From NCBI GenBank assembly GCA_036867785.1, contig CP145421.1, forward strand, positions 682,001 to 746,000: 64,000 nt of DNA, in the 5' to 3' direction. The DNA comes from Plasmodiophora brassicae (taxonomy: Eukaryota). Below, one piece after another: positions 27,654-38,313 of the stretch. A program made the translations under genes and the position numbers. A model generated the notes under the pieces. The model saw only the letters and a program-made list of their open reading frames with translations, made no database searches and was not told the origin of the DNA. Each line of letters opens with the position of its first letter. The stretch's first letter is position 1.

Positions 27654-27853
27654 CGGCAGCTGCCTCTGCTGCCCGCGATATGTCATTACACTATCGTGCA
27701 GTCTCACGCGCACACGCTCGTGCCCTGTTCAACGGTGTGGTCGCCACAGATGGGTAGGTGTGGCGACCACACCGTCGAACAGGGCACGAGCGTGTGTGCG
27801 TGAGACTGCACGATAGTGTAATGACATATCGCGGGCAGCAGGGGCAGCTGCCG
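27654..27853. repeat. Near-perfect inverted repeat: 95-bp arms, 10-nt loop
   Basis: 27654-27748 is the reverse complement of 27759-27853 with three substitutions, all transitions. Confidence 0.95.
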
Positions 27854-28034
27854 GGACGGTCGGTCGCAGGGTCACGTTCGCAAGAAACTGCTTCGGGACG
27901 GCGCGGCTCGGTCCACGCAGTACGTATTTGCGATACTAAACGGCCGATACTTGTCAGATATTCGGCCGAACCCCGTTAGCGCCTTATTCCCAGTAGTGGT
28001 TGCGATCGCAACGCAATCGAGCGTGAGGAGAGGG

Positions 28035-28538
28035 ATGCTGCCGCTCCAGGCCGACCCCGACTATAACCCATTCTTCGATGACCCGTCGTTCTTTGCGGCA
28101 GACCCCGACGTCCAGGCGATCCTGGAATCGCGCGTGGGCCAGTATGGCGGTCAGGCGGACAGGCACGACGGCGTCGATCAGTACCTGCTGCACGGCGACG
28201 GCGTGTCAGACCCCATGCCGCTACCCACACCAAACGAACTTGTTCTCGGAGAGCCGATGCTGACTGCGGTCGACACGCCAAGGAAGAGGGGTTCGTTGAT
28301 GCAGCGCGACCCGACCGAGAATTTGTATTTCAACTGGACCATCATCAAGGACATCGAGAAGCGCTGCAAGGTCATCCGATGGAAGAAGAAGAAGATCAAG
28401 ATCCTGAACGGCGACTCCATCCCTACCAAGTACGAGCGGCGCCAGGTCTACGCCAAGAAACGCCCACGCGTCAACGGGCGCTTCATGTCGGTCAAGAGTC
28501 AGCAGACAACGACGATGCCCGAACAGTCCTCATCATAG
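28035..28538 (+). CDS. Intronless CCT-motif protein, copy 1
   Basis: C-terminal KVIRWKKKK..KYERRQVYAKKRPRVNGRF resembles the CCT (CONSTANS/TOC1) motif. Confidence 0.75.
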   Translation: MLPLQADPDYNPFFDDPSFFAADPDVQAILESRVGQYGGQADRHDGVDQYLLHGDGVSDPMPLPTPNELVLGEPMLTAVDTPRKRGSLMQRDPTENLYFNWTIIKDIEKRCKVIRWKKKKIKILNGDSIPTKYERRQVYAKKRPRVNGRFMSVKSQQTTTMPEQSSS

Positions 28539-28584
28539 TAGTACAGTAGTCGTCATCCTCCTCCTCGTAATCTGCGCTCATATC

Positions 28585-29723
28585 TTGCAGCCAATTTGCT
28601 GTTGCTTAGCGTTCGTGGAGGGAGACGAGTCAACATTTCCATCTGTTATGCATATCTCTCGTCGCCATTTGCCTACCATCTTCGATCTCTGCGTCCTGTT
28701 AATGCTGCAACCGCGCTCGGTTTAAAGTTCAAAAGCATGTAGAGCCTCGTTTTCGGCCGCGCGCTTCAAGGGCGATCGGGTGCCCTGCACCCGTCCTCGC
28801 ATCCACAATGGGTCCCTTTTTCTCGCAGTTCGCTAACAATATCAAGCAACCTTCTTGCATCCCGATAGTCGAGCGCGTTGACGGGAGAGTACGCGATTGC
28901 TGGATTTGTGATTCCGCTCACCGCCGACAGCGCCGTGCAAGCGAGAAAATACACGTTTCAGGTCAGGGTACCGGAGGTCATCTGCCAAATTCCACAGATG
29001 ATGTGGTTTGACCATGAGATCTTTAAATTCGCTATCACCATCGCACCGCGCAAGGTACTTCCCAAGTCCTCGCATTCACAACGGGTCCCCTTTTCTCGCG
29101 ATTCGCTGACAACATCAAGAAGGCGTGTTCGGAGTGCCTTCCCGGCCACGTCGATAATGATTCACTGCTGCAACAGTGCACGCAAGCACTCAGGATTACC
29201 GTTCGCGGTAGTGTTGAGTTCGGCCGGCAGTTGACAATACAGCTTGGGAAGTACCTTGCGCGGTGCGATGGTGATAGCGAATTTAAAGATCTCATGGTCA
29301 AACCACATCATCTGTGGAATTTGGCCGATGACCACCGGTACCCTGACCTGAAACGTGTATTTTCTCGCTTGCACGGCGCTGTCGGCGGTGAGCGGAATCA
29401 CAAATTCAGCAATCGCGTACTCTCCCGTCAACGCGCTCGACTGTCGGGATGCAAGAAGGTTGCTTGATATTGTTAGCGAACTGCGAGAAAAAGGGACCCA
29501 TTGTGGATGCGAGGACGGGTGCAGGGCACCCGATCGCCCTTGAAGCGCGCGGCCGAAAACGAGGCTCTACATGCTTTTGAACTTTAAACCGAGCGCGGTT
29601 GCAGCATTAACAGGACGCAGAGATCGAAGATGGTAGGCAAATGGCGACGGTTGATGCATAAACGGATGAACATGTTGACTCGTCTCCCTCCACGAACGCT
29701 AAGCGACAGCAAATTGGCTGCAA
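28585..29723. repeat. Long inverted repeat (about 480-bp arms, 176-bp spacer) containing a hAT transposase C-terminal fragment
   Basis: 28585-29066 mirrors 29243-29723. It encodes HHLWNLADDHRYPDLKRVFSRLH..GERNHKFSNRVLSRQRARL, which resembles the hAT dimerisation domain. Confidence 0.9.
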
Positions 29724-30336
29724 TAGCACTTTCAACGCTGACACCCCTTCGCAGTACGTCGAACTGGAATACAGTTGTCAGAACCGCACGCATTGTACAT
29801 GAAATTTGAACCAACAAAGACAGACGTCGAACGTGGCGTCGATCTTCAGAACTTGTACCATGCCTTCGAGTTCTATCGCCCTCGAAAGCTTGAATAACAC
29901 GACTTGGACACGGGCAAGACGGTCGAGCGTGCATAGATTCGAACCCCAACAAGTTTTCGAAGAGGATGAGATTAACGCGCTTCCTGTACTTCAGCAGGCG
30001 TTGAGCGTCGAGGAGTTCAGCCAGCCGTTGGACCGGATTGATGCCTCTGACAATATAGATGGACTCCGTTACAATCTTAGAGATCGTCGGGTACGTCCGC
30101 ACCAAGTCCATGCAGAACTTGGGGAGCGCGTGGGCTGCACTTCCGTAAGAGAACATGAACGCCTTGTTGTAGGCGCACAGACGACGAAGCGTTTCACGAC
30201 ACTGGGAGACTCGTTCCGAAAGGTCCTCATAGATGGACCCCACATAACGGTCATCAGAAGTCGCAAATCGGGGAGCATTAGGCCGCTCGTCAGACGAGCC
30301 GGCGGAGACAAAGCTATCAAGAGGCTGGCGAATCAT
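29584..30336 (-). CDS. Hypothetical protein or pseudogene; 3' end lies within the hairpin arm
   Basis: 250-codon open frame with no motif I recognise. Confidence 0.3.
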   Translation of the reverse strand: MIRQPLDSFVSAGSSDERPNAPRFATSDDRYVGSIYEDLSERVSQCRETLRRLCAYNKAFMFSYGSAAHALPKFCMDLVRTYPTISKIVTESIYIVRGINPVQRLAELLDAQRLLKYRKRVNLILFENLLGFESMHARPSCPCPSRVIQAFEGDRTRRHGTSSEDRRHVRRLSLLVQISCTMRAVLTTVFQFDVLRRGVSVESAIAANLLSLSVRGGRRVNMFIRLCINRRHLPTIFDLCVLLMLQPRSV

Positions 30337-30623
30337 CGCTCGTAGACGTCACTTGGCATCGACGAGAGTGTTCAGAAGGTTTTCCGAGCTTTCGCGTAGC
30401 AACCCCATAGAGCAGGGTTGAAGATATAGAGCGCACGGACCACTGGCCATTATATTCAACACCTGATGTGCCAATATTAAATAGAGGAAGTTGTTTACAG
30501 ACTCTCAGGCATACCTGTTTTCCAACGACGTGTGTTGTCCCACGCCGTCACCGCCAGTCTATACAGCCGTGGCATGGAGACACGTCCGACCGTCGCCGAC
30601 ATCGTGGCATCATTAACCAGCCA

Positions 30624-30856
30624 GGAGTTGCGGAGTGCACAACGGCGTTCGCGTGCTGCAGGGATGTGATGGCTGCCGACTACCTGACGAAGCCTGCCCC
30701 CAGCGCGTCGTTCCACACAAACCTAACCCTGGCAGGCATCATCGATACCTGTCCCAGGCCGTGTGCTGCTGGAGGGGGCGTGTTGAACAACATGTCCAAT
30801 ACGACCAGCAGCACATCCCTGCGGCAAGCGAACGCTGCCGCGCACTCCGCAACTCC
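30624..30856. repeat. Imperfect inverted repeat (about 45-bp arms, about 140-bp spacer)
   Basis: ggagttgcggagtgcacaacggcgttcgcgtgctgcagggatgtg (30624-30668) versus cacatccctgcggcaagcgaacgctgccgcgcactccgcaactcc (30812-30856). Confidence 0.8.
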
Positions 30857-30869
30857 ACGATGTTGTATA

Positions 30870-31378
30870 CGCAGCGACAAGAAGTTCACCTCCGATCCTA
30901 GAAGCTGGAAGCTGTAGGAATAGCCCATGCGGGGTGCAGCCTGATCTGGAAGAACTCTTCCAGTACTTGGTTTCAAACGTCGGGAACGCCATCAACGATC
31001 GGTGCATGGCACGCGCAAACAATTCTTCCAACATACTCTGCTCCTCTGACGGCATGGAATCCAACCACGAGGAAGAATTCGACGAATCAAAGGTCCTTCG
31101 AGACGAATGACTGACCGAACGTGCAGGAGTGAGAGTGGTGACCGCAGATGTAGTGGCAGTTATCGACTTGTTTCCGCTGACGAGGACGACGTTGCGCATG
31201 ACACCGGTGGAACCGTTCTGACGCGCCTTGCAAGTGTTAAAGTGGTTCCGCATACGGTCAACGTTCTTGACAACTGAGGTGTTGCAATAATTGCAAGCAC
31301 GGCGAGAGTTCTTTGCCCATCAAGTGGAGGAAGCTCCGGGCCGAAATGTTTGAAGGCTTCGTCCTTCTTCGGTCCCAT
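30870..31378 (-). mobile_element. hAT transposase N-terminal remnant (BED zinc finger), frameshifted
   Basis: MGPKKDEAFKHF..CNYCNTSVVKNVDRMRNHFNTC (BED-like), then EELFARAMHRSLMAFPTFETKYWKEFF..PT, typical of BED-hAT transposases; frameshifts present. Confidence 0.7.
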
Positions 31379-31525
31379 CCCAGCCAGCACGCTATTAATA
31401 TGAACGATCGACAACGACGACAGACAAGACGACGACGACCACTCGCACGCACAATAATGTCTCCGAGCCAAATCGTTCGCGCAACCGACCTATCTCACTT
31501 CAAGCAAGGCAAGCAAAATGTATTA

Positions 31526-33089
31526 TTATAGATTACGAAGCCATAAAATACGATAGAGTAGGTTAATAGGCCAGATAACTGAGGCCATAAAAGACTTTTT
31601 ACGTCGCGATAAGGTGACGCCAGCAATGTACACGAACAGAAAGAAGATGCTGCGACGCAACCGGCGAGCCTCGTTAATGCTCTTGTCAAGAGTGTCCAGA
31701 GACGATGACACGCAATGTAGAGGGGCCGATGCCGTCCCCATGAACTCTGGTGGGAATTGGGTCTCACAACGTGGTCTGATCCATTCAAGAACATCGTCAA
31801 ATAATCGCGCTCTGAGTTACTCTCGTTAGCAACACCAGGACGGTAACTCAAGACACAAGTGACACACCTGTCGACGTCGTTATGAATCTCGTGGAAGGCG
31901 CCCTCGAAAATACGAACGCTCTTGTCTGTGGAGCTAGCCTTTTCAACGAATTGCAACGACGCTTCGGCGTCCGTCAGCTGATCCGCGCTTCCATGGAAGA
32001 GTAGTATTGGGGTCTAACGGCACATTTAGAGACAGATATACCAATAATATGAATAGCTGTCGGGACCTTCATTTCTGCAGCCCGCTTCAACGTCTGGCGC
32101 GCTCCCCTGAGGCGACATTCATATATGAACGCAACCTCGGTATGCAGTTGACATACGAGAGGATCTGGAAAACAAGACGAACCGTAATAAACGGAAGGCA
32201 AAGACGGTCATTAATCGCAGCCGACGCGACACCGTCGATGGATGACAGTGAGCACGGGTCGACGTTCTGTCCGCAGGGTTAGAGCAGTTCCAGTCGATTC
32301 CGGCAAGCCTTACCGATGAGATAAGGAACTCTTGGAATAAAGGCCAAGACACTTTAAGAAGCAGAACCTTCCACCACTTTGGCTGGACGATACGCGACAG
32401 CCTCAGCCACGGCGAGGTGGCGATCACACCACGGAGGCGATGTTCAGTGTCGTGAAGCGCGTACGAAATGGCCAACATGCCTCCCATTGACTGTCCGTAT
32501 AAAAACACAGGCAGCCTTGGAGACGCCGCTGTCGCTATACGATGCAGTTGCCCAATGTCATTAATGAAATCCGCGAACAGGCCGTCTGCTCGAGGGCCCC
32601 CAGACAAGCTGAACACGGTAGTCAGCACCTCGGTACCAGACTACACAATGGAGCCAAACCCGTGTCCTCGGAGGTCGATCGTATGAACATCACATTGCGC
32701 ATCAGTCAACTCCTAGCATGCTTTGATTAAGGGAAAGTGCTGCCAATCTGAGAGCACGACAACGTACTTTGATCACGTGGTAGAACCGTCCGACATGCTC
32801 GCCAAACCTGCAAGCACGCGTTAACATTGCCAGTTGCGGTGACGTTTCCGGCACGATACCCATGGATTAATAGAACGATGCACTTCGCGGGCTGATCGGA
32901 CCTGCGGAACCGCTGGTAGAACAGTTTGCAGGCACTGACCCCGAGGATGTATCGGCGCTCGATCGGCGCGATTTCAACAATCGGTACCGATTTGATCTTG
33001 AGCAGCGTCGACGACTGGTTCCGGGGCAACGTTGCCCCGCCCCCGTATGACACGTTCAGCTTGGCTTCGTCGGCGTCGTTGGCCACCAT
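31526..33089 (-). CDS. Monoacylglycerol lipase / lysophospholipase (alpha/beta hydrolase), multi-exon
   Basis: LLIHG, DLRGHG, FLYGQSMGG (GxSxG), FHGSADQLT, FEGAFHEIHND. Confidence 0.9.
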
Positions 33090-33219
33090 AGCGCCACCAC
33101 GAACGCGTCCGACTGAAAAATAATATTCTGCGGCGCCGCAAAACGAATGTGGTCCGGTTCCACTGACTTCCGGTTCCACTGACTGGCCGTCATGCCACAA
33201 ACATTCCGGCGGCTGTTAC

Positions 33220-35736
33220 TTATGAAGACGGAGGGTAGACTTTATTCACGATGCCGATTGCTGTGGTCTTGCCGTCGCGGCGGAGCGTGAAGCGACCGAG
33301 TTGCCGAGAGACGTCCAGAGGTTCTAGCCTGAATTTCCGTCACAACCATTTAGAAACGTTCAGCGCGGAACCAGTGTCAAACGGACCCAATGGGACGCTG
33401 CATTTCGATAACGACAGAGGCGCGCATCGCCGATGTCAGTAGACGTGGATGACGTTTCAGGACCGCCCCTGTCGTCTTGTGCAGCTGGGCTCGCAATCTG
33501 GTAATGATGCAAGGCTCTTCGAAGTACTGAGCATGCAGGACCATCTACCAGAGCGTCAGCAGGATCAGGACAGGAGGGCAAACCAAACCGTACCTCGGAT
33601 CCCGCTAGAACTGGACGCGACATCGATTCCAGCGTGACGATCGTCGCTTGAATCTTCGATGTCATTTGAAGCGGACTGTTCACATCGCACAGAATCGATC
33701 CCATCATAACAACAGCTTCGTCACTGCAACCAGAGATGCCGATCTCGATCCGTTCACCAGGAACAGCATATTCGACCGCGTCGGTACCGTTTCGTAGGAT
33801 GGCTTTAACGGTCACGACTTGGTTTGCGGGTAGCAGCAGAACACGGTCTTGCACGATAACACACCCAGTCTGGACGATACCGGCGACAGCGAGGCCTCCC
33901 AGCGCTTGCGACTTAAATACATCGGAGCAGGACATTCGCATCGGCATTTCAAGCTGTCGGACAGGGACAGAAAATTCATCAATCATTTGCAGCAGATGGG
34001 GACCTTTGTACCACGATGTCAGTTCGGGAGCGGACGCCGGCTTCGTGAGGTTCTCTCCGAGCAGTCCTGAGCACGGTACGAAACGCACCGAATTCGGCTT
34101 GAATCCGATGCTCTTGAGAAACGGCGTGACCAGCCCCACAATCTCATCGTAGCGCGCTTGCAACCATCCCATCATATCCAGTTTGTTGACGACAACCACG
34201 ACTTCGTTGATGCCCATTGACTTCAACAGGATGGCGTGTTCTTTGGTCTGCCCGTCATCTTTGAAGCCAGCTTCGAATTCCCCGGTGACAGAGTCGACAA
34301 CCAATAACGCGCAATCTGCCTGAGACGCGGCCGCAAGCATATTCGGGACGAAATCGCGATGCCCAGGCGCATCCAGCAACGTGACCCGGCGGTGCTCCGT
34401 TGAGAAAACGTTCACAGCGACGTCAACAGTGACACCGCGGCTCCTCTCATCATCCGCGACATCAAGCACCCAGGCGAACATGAACGAGGCCTTGCCTTGT
34501 TCGCGAGATTCCTTCTCGAACCGATGCATGTCTTTCGAAGACACAGCTCCGGTCAAGTACAGCAGATGCCCCATCAACGTGGACTTGCCCGCATCGACGT
34601 GACCGCCGGCGATCATATTGACATTCGGACGTGATTCAGCCTCTTGTGAAGCGACAATCTTCTCAATCCGCTCCCGTCGCTTCCGAAGGGCTGCTTCGCC
34701 AAGACCTTTTACAGGAGCAGCAGCGGGTTTCCCTACGAGGATTTCCTTATCCTTGCCATCATCTCCAGTGGTTTCCACACGTTTTGGGGCACTGTGTTTC
34801 GCCTATCACGACCCTGTCAAACATCGGGTAACAACCAACGTAAACGTGTGTGCGCTTACGCGAAGCTGTGAACTGCGGGCTTTCTCGTCAGGTGACGGTT
34901 CTTTAAACTGAAACGGCGTAATTGACGACGCAGCAGCCTCCACGCCTTTGTCTGTTACAGCAGGTGGAATCGACGTAACAGGTTTCCTCGGGTCGAGGCT
35001 TGCACTTAACGCTTCACCCAGGAGGGAAACTGGTTGTGAAGTATGCGGAACGGTTTCCACAGCCGGTTCCGGGAGTTCCCGAAACGAGGGTAGTTCAATG
35101 ATTGCTTGACCTGGCTCTTTGGCCTCTTCCTGCATATGCCGCTGTTAAAAGTGGTCGGATGTGCAACCGTTGCAAACGTTAATTACGCTAGGCGCTAAAT
35201 CATGAGCGCCCGTCAGCACAGATTCGTCGAAAACGGGCGCCCTTGCTTCGTTGGCAGCTCCAAGAAGCATGGCTGTGAACATGAAATCAGGGACGCAAAC
35301 CATATCACATGCTGTGAGGATGGACCTGTAGCGGCATCAACGTCAAAATTGCACTGCTCGATAGCAATGCGAATTTCGGCGCGATCGATATCACCGACGA
35401 TTTCTAAAACGCGATCGATGGCCTCCCTCATACTGTCTGTAGACAACCCCCAGGATGAAATCAAGCGGGAACGGGAATTAAATAGAGCTAACCTGTCTTT
35501 GGTGGCTGCTGTGTCGAAATAAAACTCGACAGGTTATTATACAGCGGATTGGCTAGGTACGCCGCGCTGCCCGGTGACATGGCTGATGCCACCGGCGACT
35601 GCCCGTACGCCTCATCATAGTAGTCGTCCTCGTCCTCCTCGTAATCTGCGCTCACACAATCAGCCGGCGGACTTCCAACCCGGTGCCACCACTCACCGTC
35701 GTAGTCCAGGTCGCGAACTATTCGATGGCGCGACAT
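33220..35736 (-). CDS. HBS1: HBS1-like translational GTPase, multi-exon
   Basis: MSRHRIVRDLDYD..YGQS N-terminus, GHVDAGKSTLMGHLL, DAPGHRDFVPNM, NKLD, LGRFTLRRDGKTTAIGIV. Confidence 0.93.
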
Positions 35737-36385
35737 CCCTCACGTCTTGTCTGCAAACTCCGTCGCACGGCACGGGCCCGCTGCTTTCCTGTTGCAACAA
35801 GATAAAGCACATCCGCTGCTTTCCCGCCAATGAAGTGATATACCGTACTGATCCACAGAACGTTAGTTTTCTTTACTCAGAAATGTTACGGAAGGGTGCC
35901 TGTTCTGCGGGATCACAGGGCGGAGTGCATTGGGCACAGTGAAGGCATGGACGGGAAAGAAGAGCCCGGCCGAGAAGCGGTATTTCAACTGGATCTTCAT
36001 CCTTGCAGCGCTTCTCGATGTCCTTGATGAAGGTCCACTTGAAATACCGCTTCACGGTCGGGCTCTCCTTTCCCTGCGTCGCACTGCCATGCCTGCACTG
36101 TGCCCAATGCACTCCGCCCTGTGATCCCGCAGAACAGGCACCCTTCCGTAACAATTCTGAGTAAAGCAGACTAACGTTCAGTGGATCAGTACGGTATATC
36201 ACTTCACTGGCGGGAAAGCAGCTATTTTGTTGCAACAGGAAAGCAGCGGTCGCGCCATCGGATAGTTCGCGACCTGGACTACAGTATCTACGACGGTTAG
36301 TGGTGGCACCGCCGCACCGGGTTGGAAGTCCGCCGGCTGATTTTTTGAGCGCAGATTAGGTTCGAGGAGGACGAGGACGACTACT
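35619..36385. repeat. Inverted repeat (about 370-bp arms) duplicating the HBS1 5' end and upstream DNA, with a CCT-gene-like fragment at the apex
   Basis: 35619-36001 mirrors 36026-36385 with indels; the 24-nt loop is 36002-36025. Confidence 0.9.
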
Positions 36386-37715
36386 TGAGCGCCGGCGGAC
36401 AACGCTGTCTTGATGCCCCGAGGTCTGAAGGACTTCCTGGAGTCGACGAGCATCGTGAAAGTCGGCAAGTCGATTGCAATCGACAAGCGACACCTATGCA
36501 ACGATTACGGTCTCCGTGTCGACAGAACAGAATCCAGGATAGGGCTGGGGCAGTGTCGCGGCGCTGCTCCGAGTTCGTCGAGCTTGGCCAACTCGTCCAG
36601 ACGATTTTTCAGCAAGAGCTCCCAAAATTTGAGCTAATCCCTTAGTTGAACTGGGAAGCGAACGAGCTTTCGTCCGAGCAGGTGTGCTATTGTGAATTGT
36701 GGCGATTGTTCTACATGTCTTCAGGTAATATACACCGCTCTGGACGCGTACGCTAGCCTGAGGTCTACTTCCGCTTGGAGGCAATCCCAGATCCGACAGT
36801 TCACCTCACCATTCCGGGGTCGTCTCGCACTTGCAACGGCGCAGGTATTCCTGTTCCTGACATGGCAGTCGGCCTGCTTGCACAAGGCACTCATGTCGTC
36901 GTTGCTCGGGCACGTATTTCACAGTCGCAGCCCGCCATTTGGGAACGGACGAAGGTGACGAAAGGCCGCATTGTTGTCGACGTTGTAGAGGTAACTATTT
37001 CAAGATCTAAGCAATAGCTCGGCTATTGACCATCATAGGTTCTGGCTTCTGCTGCCGAAGCCAAATATCATAGGGACTCGAAGAGGACTCTGAGTTCCTT
37101 TTGGATATTGTTCGTTCGCGCTCTTAGTTGACATAACGTCGCTCCGCCCTACAATCCACCCACAAAGTATTTTTTCGTATTGAGATGAACATGGTCGTTC
37201 TAATTATTCGTTTATACCACAGAACAATGATGACGGAACTTCCCCTGATGTGAGCTCCGTCTCTGTCGAGTCAGTCGAAGGTAAGCGTCGCTGCACCCGT
37301 GCAATGCGTTCCTTTGTGATATGCGTCGTTAGAGTCAGGTGGCGAACCAGTGAAACGTGTCCTGCAAGACATATCCACATCATGAAAAGGGTGAAGATCG
37401 GGAATACTCTTCCGTTTTACCTGTACGGGTAATCGCACTTAGCGATGCGAGGACGACGAGCAGCGTATCAGTTGCAGGCCGCGTTTTTATTTCTCTCTTC
37501 TCACTATATTTCCTGTAGGTGATTAATAGCCTGGTTAGCGGCGGCGAGAATCCGCTGTCGTGGAGAATCCATCGCTGTGGCTATTTCCTTGACCGCGTTC
37601 GCCGAAGAAATTCTCCTCCAGGCCAGCTGGAAGAACATCTGAACCTTGTCTACAAGGCGTGTTCTGGTCTGGCAGACAATGAATGGTTCCGCACTGAGTA
37701 CTTATAACGAAGAAA

Positions 37716-38008
37716 GGCCATCCTCACCGCCGGCAGTGTAAAACGGGTACTCATCCCCTTCCGGATCACTGCGGCAGCCCTTTCGAACATGTTCCAGAAC
37801 TTTCCGAAACTCAGCGTGTGCACGATCGTCGAAAAGGGGCACGCTTGCTACTCAATGAATGATTCCGTCGTGGAGTTGCAGGCGTGCCTCTTCGACGATC
37901 GTGCACACACTGAGTTTCGAAAAGTTCTGGAACATGTTCGAAAGGGCTGCCGCAGTGATCCGGAAGGGGATGAGTACCCGTTTTACACTGCCGTCGGTGA
38001 GGATGGCC
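37716..38008. repeat. Hairpin of Zisupton-like transposase sequence (about 135-bp arms)
   Basis: 37716-37852 mirrors about 37872-38008; loop aatgaatgattccgtcgtg. Confidence 0.92.
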
Positions 38009-38041
38009 ACGGACCCATGTTGTATCGGTGCCACCGTGGCA

Positions 38042-38313
38042 TTAACTCCTGCGAGGCCAGCCACAACGTCCTGAAAAGGAAGTTCGGAACCATGAACGCA
38101 GGCGTCGCATTGACGCACTGCTTGATGCTGTGGCACATACAAGCCAAGGTCGGAAATGCCCAAGAACCGGAGAGCCGTCTCCGAAGGATTCTGCTGCGCG
38201 AATGTTTGTGCGCAGTATGTGCCACAGCATCAAGCAGTGCGTCAATGCGACACCTGCGTTCATGGTCCCGAACTTCCTTTTCAGGACGTTGTGGTTGGCC
38301 TCGCAGGAGTTAA
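38042..38313. repeat. Hairpin of Zisupton-like transposase sequence (about 99-bp arms, 74-bp spacer)
   Basis: 38042-38140 mirrors 38215-38313; the spacer is an inverted copy of about 40548-40621. Confidence 0.92.

Noticed and set aside
30412-31512. Possible hAT terminal inverted repeats (cagggttgaaga.. / ..cttcaagcaagg)
   Set aside because: Only a short ttgaag core matches and no 8-bp TSD is evident.
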